64,000 bases of DNA, taken from the human T2T-CHM13v2.0 reference genome, Homo sapiens. The first letter of the stretch is position 1. Each line of letters begins with the position of its first letter. Under the pieces are notes generated by a model that had not been told where the DNA came from, searched no databases, and saw only the letters and a list, made by a program, of their open reading frames with translations. Both the position numbers and the translations under genes were made by a program. The DNA lies in the NCBI RefSeq assembly GCF_009914755.1, contig NC_060945.1. One strand, written 5' to 3'. Below, one piece after another: positions 14,394 through 32,040 of the stretch.

Positions 14394-16376
14394 AGCTCCT
14401 ATGGTTTCTCACTGCCTTCGTTGGGTTGGACGCTTTTGGACATGTTTGCTGCCTTTCACAGGATGTGGGGTTCAGGTCGTGCCTCCTCGTGGTGCCCCAG
14501 CCTTTCCACCTGTGGTGCTCGTGTTGACATCTGGGTCCCACAAGCTTATAATTCTTTGGCCCAGGGGGCGTTTTCCAGGGTGGAAGACATTGGTCCCACG
14601 GGATGTTTTAAACTCTGCCTATGACTGTGCCCACACTTTGTCCTCTCCTTTTCTTGGTTCATTTCTGTCATTCTCGTTTATCCCGTTCTATTTTTTATAT
14701 AAATTTCTGATGCTGAAGGATTAGCCTGGTGTTTTTCCCCTCGTGTATCTTTTCTTGTCCTTTTATTTTAAGTCTTTTTTAATACTCTGTTTTAGTTGTG
14801 CCTTGTATGGATACCATATTCATGACTGTTTTTTAAAAGCCTGTCTGTGAGTATCTTCTTTTAGTCATTTAGCCAAGTTTTATTTGCCGCACCTCCTGGC
14901 GTTGGGCCCTTGCTCGGGGGTGGATTTTCCTTGGCCAGCTGTGAAGTCCTCACTGCGGTGTTGCCTGCTGCCAGGCTCAGGGCGGCGTCATCTCCCCACG
15001 GGCCTCTAAGCCCTGTTGCCCCCGCACTCTGTGTGTCCACAGGGGGAGTGCGGGGGAACCTCCAGGGCCAGGAGGGCCTGGAGTCTCTTCAGGTCCCTTC
15101 CTCCACCAGTGAAGTGGTGCTGGAGACATGACTCGAGATCCTGTTTCTTTTCCTTTGACGCCCTCGTTTTCCTGCATCTCCTCAGGATTTTTCAGGGTGT
15201 TTTCAGGAACGTCTCTGACGTCCTGCATCGCTCTCAGCATCTTTGCCCTGGCGGTGCTGTTGCATCTGGGCGTCCGTTGTCGCTGTTTCTCCGATGCTTT
15301 CTCTGCTTGTCCTCTGCTGTCCGGGGGCAGCCTCATGGTCGGGCCCCTCCCTGTAGACTCTGCTGCCCCATTTCCAGTGTCTTCGCGCCCAGCCAGCCGG
15401 CGCTGGGCCACACCCCGCCGGGGGAGACCACCTGGTGTTTCATCACCTCGAGCCCTTGGACTTCAGCCAGTCACTTCGTTTGTCAGGCCTCCGGGCAGAT
15501 AAAGGGGTGTGTGGCCTGCATTCTGTTGAACGGCCCGGTGAGGCCGGGGCCCTGTGGCTAGCGCCCCCGTGTCAGGTGCCTGTGTCGTGCCCTGGGCCTG
15601 AGCCCGTGGGTCTGAGCACTGCAGGGCTTCTTCCCAAGGCTGTGGTGGCCCGTCTGCTGCCTTGCCTCTGGTTCACCTCCTGCCACAAAGCCTGGCCCAC
15701 CAGGGAGTGTCGTGACAGGTGGATGTGGGCCCTGGGTGTCCATAGCCTGGCTGGGCTCCCTGCAGGCCCCAGGATTGAAGCTGAGGCTTACCATGGGCCT
15801 TGCAGTGGCAGGCGCCTGGCATGCCGGGAGTGGATCTCATGGAGCCCTTTCGCAGGCTCGGGCCAACTTTGTCACTGGGAAATTCTCGTTGTTTCTCTGG
15901 GGTCCTCTTTGTTTGCTTTCCTTTCGACATGGTTAACCCTGCCCTAGTTTCTCACTCTGGTTTGTTTTCTTTCCTTTCACCCTGGCTCTGCGGTTGTGTG
16001 ACTCTGCGCCAGCTACCGGCCCTGACCACTCTCCCGGCAGGGCCTAGGCTCTGACGGTGGCGTGAACCCGGCCCTGGTGTGCAGCGGCCCTGCCTCGCCG
16101 TGTTGCGTGACGCCCCCTTCGCTGTGTGGTGTTTTGTGGCTCTCTTCAGGTGTTGCCATCTGTCCCTTTTGTTCTCTTTGTCTCCTTGAAAAGTTGATGG
16201 GCCTGCAGCCGCACAGGCAGTTGTGGGCATGGTGGGCGCTGAGTCTGGAGGTTGTTCAAGGCCAGCAGCGTTGCCCGGAGCCCTGCTGCTGACGCTGCCG
16301 TCACTGGTTCTAGCTCTCACATTCTCAGCTGCACGTTTCTGTTTCCACCTCAGTAAACGCAAACTCTTGTTCATAG

Positions 16377-16409
16377 GCACAGCTGTCACTGCAGCACACA
16401 AGGACTCAG
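16377..16409 (+). CDS. PCNT: Candidate alternative 33-nt PCNT micro-exon (G)TAVTAAHKDS in intron 21
   Basis: ctcttgttcatag|gca ... cag|gtttgt; phase 1-1, in frame between exons 21 and 22. Confidence 0.65.
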
Positions 16410-17187
16410 GTTTGTAAAGACAAACGATTGATTTGTGTGTGACGTGCTGTTTGTTTGCACTGGATTTTGCAAATTATTTACTAAAGAAAAGTACTTCAGA
16501 CCTTTTGTGGCAAACAATAAATACAGCGATACTCTAATCTTCAGTATTCATAAAAATGGGTGGAGTTGTCCCATTTTAACGCCCCAGCAAAACAGGAGCA
16601 TTTCTCTAACGGTCTTTACTACAGTGCCTAAGCTACAGTTTGTGCTGCTTTTCAGAAACTGATGTCTTGTGATAGTTACAGCTGTTCTTGGGCTGGGTCC
16701 CAGCTCTGGTCTCCAGGGAGGGCCTGGGCCCCCTGGATCCCCTGTGCCTGTTCAGCGTGGGTGTCACCTGCTTCGCCAGCTGGGATTGCGATCCTCGTGT
16801 GCCTCCCTGAGTCTGCGTGCATGTCAGCAGGCACCCTGCCCCAGTGCCCCTGGCCCTGAAGATGGTGATGTTCTGGGCCAAGCACAGCCCAGGTCGTGTC
16901 CAGGCCCAGGGAGTGCAGTCAGGGGAGCAGCTGCCCTCAGGCCTCGCCGCACGTCTCAGGTTGTGAATGTTACCGCAGCAGCATGTTTACAGCGGAGTCG
17001 CCGTTAACTGCTGACAGTGGCATCAACATTTATTGAGAATGTTACTTGCATTGGTCATGATAGTTTGTGATAAAAGACTTAACACTTTTACAAATCAAAA
17101 TGATTTTTTGGAAGCTGGTGAAATGTCAGTTAACATGTATGAATTTAATATTTTAGTTTTTGGGTGGCTTAAAGACTTCAGGATTCA

Positions 17188-17897
17188 GGCCGGGAGTGGT
17201 AGCTCACACCTGTAATCCCAGAACCAGACTCCATCTCAGAAATAATTATAATAAAATAGAGACTTCGGGACTCAGCAGCAGAGACTCCATCTCAGAAATA
17301 ATAGTAATAAAATAGAGACTTCAGGACTCAGCAGCAGAGACTCCATCTCAGAAATAATAATAAAATAGAGACTTCAGGACTCAGCAACAGAGACTCCATC
17401 TCAGAAATAATAGTAATAAAATAGAGACTTCAGGATTCAGCAGCAGACACTCCATCTCAGAAATAATAGTAATAAAATAGAGACTTCAGGATTCGGCAGC
17501 AGACACTCCATCTCAGAAATAATAGTAATAAAATAGAGACTTCAGGATTCGGCAGCAGAGACTCCATCTCAGAAATAATAGTAATAAAATGGAGACTTCA
17601 GGACTCGGCAGCAGAGACTCCATCTCAGAAATAATAATAATAAAATGGAGACTTCAGGACTCGGCAGCAGAGACTCCATCTCAGAAATAATAGTAATAAA
17701 ATAGAGACTTCAGGACTCAGCAGCAGACACTCCATCTCAGAAATAATAGTAATAAAATAGAGACTTCAGGATTCAGCAGCAGAGACTCCATCTCGGAAAT
17801 AATAGTAATAAAATAGAGACTTCAGGATTCAGCAGCAGAGACTCCATCTCAGAAATAATAATAATAAAATGGAGGCTTCAGGACTTAGCAGCAGAGA
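17188..17897 (+). repeat. Collapsed Alu plus 56-bp minisatellite x12 built from the Alu 3' end, tail and TSD
   Basis: Unit agactccatctcagaaataatagtaataaaatagagacttcaggattcagcagcag; ctccatctc recurs at 17229, 17285 ... 17842. Confidence 0.95.
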
Positions 17898-17959
17898 GCC
17901 CCTTTTTCCAAGACGCTTTTTCATCTGCAGTTTCCACTTGGGCCGGGGCTTCGCCACCC

Positions 17960-18350
17960 CAGGTCTCAGGCTGGTTTTGCTGCTGGAAGAGAATTTTTGA
18001 GGCTAGGCGATTTATCACAGACACACGTTTGTGACTTACAGTTCTGGAGGCTAGAAAGCCTAAGGTCAGGGTGCCAGCAGGTTTGGTGTCTGGTGAGGTA
18101 CCCATCTCTGCTTCTAAGGCAGAGCCTTGCACACTGTATCCTCCGGAGTGGAGGGCTGGATCATCCTGGGGCAGAGGCAGAAGGGCCGAGTGGGAGGACC
18201 ACTCCCAAAGCCGCTTATTGAGGCATTAAAACTGCTGTGAGGGTGGAGCCCTTGCGGCCTCGTCACCTTTTCAAGGCCCTTCCAATACCATCACTCTGGC
18301 AGTTAAATTTCAACATGAGTTTTGGAGGGGACAGAAATTTAAACTGTGGT
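17960..18350. mobile_element. ERVL-MaLR LTR (MLT1/MST-like)
   Basis: cttacagttctggaggctagaaag...ggtgccagcaggtttggtgtctggtgagg...tttcaacatgagttttggagggg. Confidence 0.75.
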
Positions 18351-18359
18351 ACCCAGTTA

Positions 18360-18663
<304 letters not shown>

Positions 18664-19025
18664 TAGATTCGCTTTTGATTTACCGATGGGGCGTTTGCCT
18701 TTCCCCTAGACACGTCACAACCCCAGGCTCTCAGCACCGTCCGTCGTCTGCTGGGACTGGGCTTAGTCGTGTGTTTCTGTCTGGGAGACTGTACTGAAGA
18801 CAGAATTCCTAGAGAATCACCCACATGTCACTCAGAAGTATTCTTCTCAGGCTTCAGAAATTTGCTTTAGCCAATGTTGTTTTAAAAGATGGGCGTTTTA
18901 CCCCGAATTGAAGTGACTTCATTTTCGGTGGGTTTTGACTGAATCACCATCAGGAGATGCACGTGTCATGCACCAGCCTCTGAGGTGCGGGGGTGTCCCC
19001 GTGTCTGTCCTGTTTGCATCCTTAG

Positions 19026-19255
19026 CTCTCCGGAAGGAAGTGGAGGATCTGACCAAAGAACAGTCGGAGACCAGGAAGCAGGCTGAGAAGGACCGCTCAG
19101 CCCTGCTCTCCCAGATGAAGATTTTGGAGTCTGAGTTAGAAGAACAGCTGTCTCAGCATCGCGGGTGTGCCAAGCAGGCGGAGGCCGTCACTGCCCTGGA
19201 ACAGCAGGTGGCATCTCTGGACAAGCATTTGCGCAACCAGCGGCAATTCATGGAT
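19026..19255 (+). CDS. PCNT: PCNT exon 22 (230 nt) LRKEVEDLTKEQ...QRQFMD
   Basis: atccttag|ctc ... gat|gtaaga. Confidence 0.95.
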
Positions 19256-19774
19256 GTAAGAATTCTGAATAATACATTTTTTTGCATCACTAAAAGTTGC
19301 CGTTACAGCATGAACTTCTTTCCAGATCGTTACGTAAGCTTCTGCAGTAGGATGTTGAAGAGGGCGCCCCACACCTGCTGCACAGGTGCACCCAGGTCGC
19401 TGACTCTTGGTGGGTGTCTTCTTGCCCACATGTTGTGGCGCAGCCCTCTGAGGGCCACCTCCCATGGTCTTGCCATGCTCCTTCTCACAGTCACGGAGGC
19501 GTCACTTGGGGCCCGGGCTGGGCCTGTGCTGCAGCTCTCACTGGTTCTTGTCCTCCCACCCACCAGTCTCAGACGTTCCTCTGTGTTCCATGCAGAGAGC
19601 TGTTTTTCTTTACTTAACTCCATTTTACAAAGTGACTGTGATGAGGGGGGTATTTGGAGTCTGAGCTGCTGGGCAGTTGCACTTGTACGTGCAGTGGAAG
19701 CCTGGGTGGACCTTCGCTGCAAGGGGCACGCCAGCCCCGTTGGGGTGGTCCCAACACGCTGCCTCTCCTCCCAG

Positions 19775-19891
19775 GAGCAGGCAGCCGAGCGGGAGCACGA
19801 GCGCGAGGAGTTCCAGCAGGAGATTCAGAGGCTGGAGGGGCAGCTCCGCCAGGCGGCCAAGCCGCAGCCCTGGGGCCCTCGCGACAGCCAG
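19775..19891 (+). CDS. PCNT: PCNT exon 23 (117 nt) EQAAEREHERE...PRDSQ
   Basis: cctcccag|gag ... cag|gtgagt. Confidence 0.95.
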
Positions 19892-19995
19892 GTGAGTCAG
19901 TGCAGCGTGCAGTGCTGCTGGTTGCTGTCTTTCACTGTGTTTTTAAGCTTTAACTTTCTTTAAATTTTTGCCTTCCATGTACATGAAATCGGCAG

Positions 19996-20016
19996 CAGGC
20001 GCCGCTGGATGGAGAG
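19996..20016 (+). CDS. PCNT: PCNT micro-exon 24 (21 nt) QAPLDGE
   Basis: ggcag|cag gcg ccg ctg gat gga gag|gtgagg; matches the remembered PCNT peptide DSQQAPLDGEVELL. Confidence 0.88.
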
Positions 20017-20472
20017 GTGAGGAGGCGTCAACGAGATGGGCACTCCCTGCGCTGGCGCCCAGGCTCCCCTGCGCTCGCTGGGACTGTCCTGCCACCCACT
20101 CGCTTTTCTTGCTCTTGTTTGGGCTGCAGCCATCTGCTTTCTCTCGTCTGAGGAAGCTGTAGTAGGTTCGTTTATTTTTTTAAAAAATTAATGGTGGATT
20201 CACACACAGTTGTAAGAGGTAAGACTCGGATCCCTCGTGCCTGGCACGTGGTTCCCCAGAGGTCTCATCCACAGAGCCGGAATGCAGTGTCACAGCCAGT
20301 ATGGGCAGGGATCTGGTGACGCTGCAGTGCCTTCTGCCCCCCACGGACCCTCGTGTACTGGGTCACGGCCATGCCGCCGTCCTTTCTCGGGCAACCACTC
20401 ATCTGTCGTCTATTTCTAAAACTTTACCATCTTCCTGATGGGTGAAGCGTGCCTGTCATCTTGGGGGATTGA

Positions 20473-20878
<406 letters not shown>

Positions 20879-20984
20879 GTAGTATTCCATTCTTTTCTAT
20901 CAGAATAGATTTCATTTTCCTAACAAATTCTGTATTATAGAGAATGCCTTTCTTAACACAACATCACCCTATACTTCCTTTAGA

Positions 20985-21790
20985 TCTCTGTTCAGCCTCT
21001 GGGTCTAGGTCTCCCTGTGCAGCCTGTGGGTCTTGGTCTCCCCGTGCAGCCTGTGGGTCTGGGTCTCTGTTCAGCCTGTGGGTCTAGGTCTCCCTGTGCA
21101 GCCTGTGGGTCTAGGTCTCCCTGTGCAGCCTGTGGGTCTAGGTCTCCCTGTGCAGCCTCTGGGTCTGGGTCTCTGTGCAGCCTGTAGGTCTACGTCTCCG
21201 TGCAGCCTGTGGGTCTAGGTCTCCCTGTGCAGCCTGTGGGTCTGGGTCTCCCTGTGCAGCCTGTGGGTCTAGGTCTCCCTGTGCAGCCTGTGGGTCTGGG
21301 TCTCTGTTCAGCCTGTGGGTCTAGGTCTCCCTGTGCAGCCTGTGAGTCTGGGTCTCCCTGTGCAGCCTGTGAGTCTGGGTCTCTGTGCAGCCTGTGGGTC
21401 TAGGTCTCTGTGCAGCCTGTGGGTCTAGGTCTCCCTGTGCAGCCTGTGGCTCTAGGTCTCTCTCTGCAGCCTGTGAGTCTGGGTCTCTGTGCAGCCTGTG
21501 GGTCTGGGTCTCTGTGCAGCCTGTGGGTCTAGGTCTCCCTGTGCAGCCTGTGGGTCTAGGTCTCCCTGTGCAGCCTGTGGGTCTGGGTCTCTGTTCAGCC
21601 TGTGAGTCTGGGTCTCTTTTCAGCCTGTGGGTCTAGGTCTCCCTGTGCAGCCTGTGGGTCTAGGTCTCTGTTCAGCCTGTGGGTCTGGGTCTCTCTGTGC
21701 AGCCTGTGGGTCTAGGTCTCCCTGTGCAGTCTTTGCGTCTGGGTCTCCCTGTGCAGCCTGTGAGTCTAGGTCTCCCTTTGGGTCTAGGGG
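20985..21790. repeat. Minisatellite, 27/25-bp unit (gtgcagcctgtgggtctaggtctccct), ~30 copies
   Basis: Direct reading. Confidence 0.96.
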
Positions 21791-21901
21791 AGGGCATAGG
21801 GCATCTATTTTGTCTCTGTTGTTTTGGGTACTTTTTTGTTTGGAAAATGGGTTTTTATAAAACATTCTATTGTATTCCTCAAGCATTTTTTGTTGTTTTA
21901 G

Positions 21902-22108
21902 GTTGAGTTGTTACAACAAAAGTTGAGAGAAAAGTTGGATGAATTTAATGAATTGGCTATACAGAAAGAGTCGGCAGATAGACAAGTGTTAATGCAGGAA
22001 GAAGAAATTAAACGTCTGGAGGAGATGAACATCAACATCAGGAAAAAAGTGGCCCAGCTCCAGGAAGAAGTGGAAAAACAGAAAAACATCGTGAAAGGGC
22101 TGGAACAG
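21902..22108 (+). CDS. PCNT: PCNT exon 25 (207 nt) VELLQQKLREK...KGLEQ
   Basis: gttttag|gtt ... cag|gtaaag. Confidence 0.95.
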
Positions 22109-22824
22109 GTAAAGCGTCTCCATGTTGTGGTTGGGCACGTGGTGAGGTGTCCCGCAGGCATGGCTTCATCGCTGAGCTGGCAGGGAGTGGGCAGGGCGTC
22201 CTTCTTCACTGGCAGCCACCACGTCTGCACCAGAAACACTGGCGTCAGGGAGAAACAGAAGTCATTGGTGACGGGTAGCAAGAGTACTTTGACCTTTCTG
22301 GAGATTGTTGATTTTATTTACTGTAGTAGGATTTATACAATTTCTTTATGTCTCAAGAACTCTGAATTTATCCTTAATATTTCATAAAGTAAACATTTAA
22401 GATTTTAGGTTTAAAAAAATCTTAGCTTATTAAATACTTTGATGAGAGCCCCTTGTAATTGTTTCAATCTTTGAGCTCAGGAACTCATGTCAGCTCCCAG
22501 TGAAGAGATCTCCAGTGATGGTTTTGCATTGCTGGTGTTTGCCGTGTTGTGTGTGTTCGTTTGTGTCTGAGAGTTTAAAGAGGGGCTGGAGCACTGAGCC
22601 AGGTGGGCCATCTCATGGCTGGAGGGGGCAGGGCTGCCTGTCTGCATTTCTGGGTAGCGGCTGTGCCCTCCATTGTGAGCATTTAGCTAAAAGGAATTCA
22701 GCTGACTTCTATGAGGTTAAAAGGTTACTTGAAAAGAGGCTCAGTAAGAAATTTGATTTTAGAATTAGTAGTTTGGCCTCAGACACAGATGAGAGGAGGA
22801 GTCTTTCTCAGGTGTGTCTGATTC

Positions 22825-23155
<331 letters not shown>

Positions 23156-23861
23156 TGATGAGAATTATTAAACTGGGGCCTTTCCTCAGGCCCTGACGTG
23201 TTTCCGTTCCGCTGTCGCAGGGAGGACCGCTGAGCATCACCTGCACTTGGAGCGGAGTTGTCCCCCTGGCCGGCCACTGCACACATTTCAGTGACAGCTG
23301 CTCCAGGGCGGCTTCACCCCTTCTGCCTTCACTCAGCGAACGTTTACTGAGCTTAGTAGATGCCAGGGTTAGAAAATGTGTTTTTATCCCTTCGTGAAAT
23401 TTGGACTGTGTATGCAATTTTATATGTCATGCTCTTGCGCATGTAACGTATTGTGACCATTTTCGTCATATTAAATATTGTTTGAAAAATTTTTTCTAGG
23501 CAGGTAATATTCATTATATGAGCATACCATCAGCCATTGCCCTATTTTTTTTGGCAAGTTCTTGTCAGTTTTGAAAATATTGGTAATAGTTTGGTGAATA
23601 TTACTGTAGATAAATTCCTCACAGTGGACTCGGGCACAGGCTGTGGCTCTCAGTCACGTCCTGCACCAGGCAGGCCTCTGCTGGGAGGTGGCTGGGTCCT
23701 GGGTGCCAGTGTTGCCTGGTGTGTCACTGAGTGCAGGGGCGTGCAGGTCCACCTGCTCTGCTTCAGGTGCAGCTAAAGATGGTCTGTGCTTTAACAGGCA
23801 GCAGTTGAGGTACTGAATTCCCAAATATTTGCCTAAAATAGAGTTCTTTTTTTTTTAATAG

Positions 23862-24032
23862 GATAAAGAGGTGTTAAAGAAACAGCAGATGAGTAGCTTG
23901 CTTCTGGCGTCCACGTTGCAGTCTACACTAGATGCAGGCAGATGTCCCGAGCCTCCTTCGGGCAGCCCTCCTGAGGGTCCAGAAATACAGTTAGAGGTGA
24001 CACAGAGAGCACTCCTGCGGCGCGAGAGCGAG
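23862..24032 (+). CDS. PCNT: PCNT exon 26 (171 nt) [10 protein letters not shown]...RRESE
   Basis: tttaatag|gat ... gag|gtgagt. Confidence 0.95.
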
Positions 24033-24137
24033 GTGAGTGCAGAGTGGGGCCATGGGACTGCCAGCCCTGGGTCAGTGTCCAGTGGGCTTCTCTGTGGCAG
24101 ATCCGATGTCCAGATAACACAGACGATGGGCTTGTGA

Positions 24138-24464
<327 letters not shown>

Positions 24465-24642
24465 GACCACTGTGTATTCTTTGCAGTTTTACCATTTGTG
24501 TGCGGGTACAGGTACAGGGTAGTAATTGCTTTAGGCATGTGCATTTAAATATCTCAAAGCTATTTTAATAATGTCTTAATTATTAATATTAATAGAATAT
24601 TAGATGACTTTTAATACTTTTCTTCTTTTGTTTTAATGAAAG

Positions 24643-24795
24643 GTTTTGGACTTAAAAGAACAGCTAGAAAAGATGAAAGGTGACTTAGAAAGTAAAAATG
24701 AAGAAATACTACATCTGAACTTAAAATTGGACATGCAGAACAGCCAGACTGCTGTCAGCCTCAGAGAACTTGAGGAAGAGAACACGAGCTTGAAG
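24643..24795 (+). CDS. PCNT: PCNT exon 27 (153 nt) VLDLKEQLEKM...ENTSLK
   Basis: aatgaaag|gtt ... aag|gtaagc. Confidence 0.95.
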
Positions 24796-25404
24796 GTAAG
24801 CTACCAAAGGTCCACGTGACGCCCGAGTTCATGTTGCTTATGCCGGTGCCGAGCGGCCACCAAGACCCTCATCGGGGAGGCGAGTCTCTGGTCTTCACAG
24901 ACGCCCGTGGCCCCCATGTGGCAGACAGTGCAGAGAGCGCCCGATTCTGCCTGGGGACATGTGCATGGAAGCAGCTTTCTAGGGATCTTGAGTGAGGAAC
25001 CAGCGACCCCTGCCCCAAACTGCTTTCTGATTGCAGCACTGATAGGGATCTGAGGAGAGGCACTTCCCTAGGGCAGCACCCCAGGGCTGTGAGAGGCGTG
25101 AAGCTATTGGGCTGTTGGTGGCTTGCTCTTCTCAAGGAGGTGACTTGAGTAAGTGGCTACTCACTGTTTCTCTTCCCACTGGCATGATGGGAAAAAAATC
25201 TTAAGAACAAATTTTTTTTTAAATTTTTGTGAGTACATAGTAGGTGTATATTAAAAAATCTATTTTTAAATCTTTTATTTTAATGTAGCCGTGCTTTTGA
25301 AGCAAAAAAGAAAACCAAAACCAACCTGTTTATAGTAGAGATGATATTCAAAATTGCAGAGCATTCATAACTTCACAGATGCCCTTGAAAGACCTTGTGT
25401 AGAA

Positions 25405-26358
25405 TCGTGTGTGTGGTGCCCACACAACACGTGCTCAGTGAATGAACACAGCGTGGGAGAATTAGTGTGTGTGGTGCCCACGCGGCGCGTGCTCAGTGAA
25501 TGAACACAGCGTGGGAGAATTGTGTGTGTGGTGCCCACGCGGCGCGTGATTGGTGAATGAACACAGCGTGGGAGAATTGTGTGTGTGGTGCCCACGCGGC
25601 ACGTGCTTGGTGAATGAACACAGCGTGGGAGAATTGTGTGTGTGGTGCCCACGCGGCGTGTGCTCGGTGAATGAACACAGCGTGGGAGAAGTGTGTGTGT
25701 GTGGTGCCCACGTGGCACATGCTCGGTGAGTGAACACAGCGTGGGAGAATCGTGTGTGTGTGGTGCCCACGTGGCACATGCTCGGTGAATGAACACAGCG
25801 TGGGAGAATCGTGTGTGTGTGGTGCCCACGCGGCACGTGCTTGGTGAATGAACACAGCGTGGGAGAATAGTGTGTGTTTGGTGCCCACGCGGCGCGTGCT
25901 CGGTGAATGAACACAGCGTGGGAGAATTGTGTGTGTGGTGCCCACGCGGCACGTGCTCGGTGAATCAACTCAGCGTGGGAGAATCGTGTATGTGTGGTGC
26001 CCACGTGGCGTGTGCTCGGTGAATGAACACAGCGTGGGAGAATTGTGTGTGTGGTGCCCACGCGGCGCGTGCTCGGTGAATGAACACAGCGTGGGAGAAT
26101 TGTGTGTGTGGTGCCCACGCGGCGCGTGCTCGGTGAATGAACACAGCGTGGGAGAATTGTGTGTGTGTGGTGCCCACGTGGCGCGTGCTCGGTGAATGAA
26201 CACAGCGTGGGAGAATTGTGTGTGTGGTGCCCACGCGGCGCGTGCTCGGTGAATGAACACAGCGTGGGAGAATTGTGTGTGTGTGGTGCCCACGTGGCGC
26301 GTGCTCGGTGAATGAACACAGCGTGGGAATGCTCCCTGAGTGAACACAGCGTGGGAGA
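25405..26358. repeat. CpG-rich minisatellite, 57/59-bp unit, ~16 copies
   Basis: tgtgtgtgtggtgcccacgcggcgcgtgctcggtgaatgaacacagcgtgggagaat. Confidence 0.96.
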
Positions 26359-26542
26359 GTCTCAAAAAACAACAACAATAACAACAAAAAAAATTTTCAA
26401 ATTGATTTTCCATTTTTCCAATTTAAAACTGTAGGCTTATTTAATTAGGACATTTCATATCTGTAGGGTCAGTGGAATATTTCCCTATTAAGGTTCTGTC
26501 GGCTCTGTTTTGATATGGTTGTTGTTATTACCATTTCCACCG

Positions 26543-26620
26543 GCATTTCTGCCCAACAAAGAAGAGGAGATAGTGCGTGTGAACGAGCAGCTCTGGGCAC
26601 CGCAGGTTTACCTCGGCGAG
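26543..26620 (+). pseudogene. Putative fossil PCNT exon (78 nt) AFLPNKEEEIVRVNEQLWAPQVYLGE with broken acceptor
   Basis: Open, phase 0-0, donor gag|gtacgc. The acceptor position reads ttccacCG instead of ttccacAG. Confidence 0.6.
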
Positions 26621-26804
26621 GTACGCCACTCCCTGGTGCTGGGGGAGAAGGGGCTCTTCTCACGCTTCTGGCTACGCCTGCGTCTCCTGTACGAAGTCCT
26701 CATAGTTTCTGGGTGTGATTGACTGGGGCCTTGGCTTTCCAGGATGACAGTCTTCTGTTTCCTCATACAATATTTATAATACTTTTCAAAATTAATTTTA
26801 TCAG

Positions 26805-27841
<1,037 letters not shown>

Positions 27842-27849
27842 GAATGCCT

Positions 27850-32040
<4,191 letters not shown>

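Noticed and set aside
16440-16525. Cluster of forkhead-like motifs and AATAAA (16516-16521) as an enhancer or poly(A) site
   Set aside because: Short motifs expected by chance in AT-rich DNA; more simply read as the intronic flank of the 33-nt micro-exon.
18954-18984. Exon-like catcag|...|gtgcgg segment before exon 22
   Set aside because: 31 nt (frameshifting), and the remaining 41-nt intron is too short to splice.
25365-26413. Minus-strand ORFs of 140-285 aa
   Set aside because: Products of the 57/59-bp VNTR.
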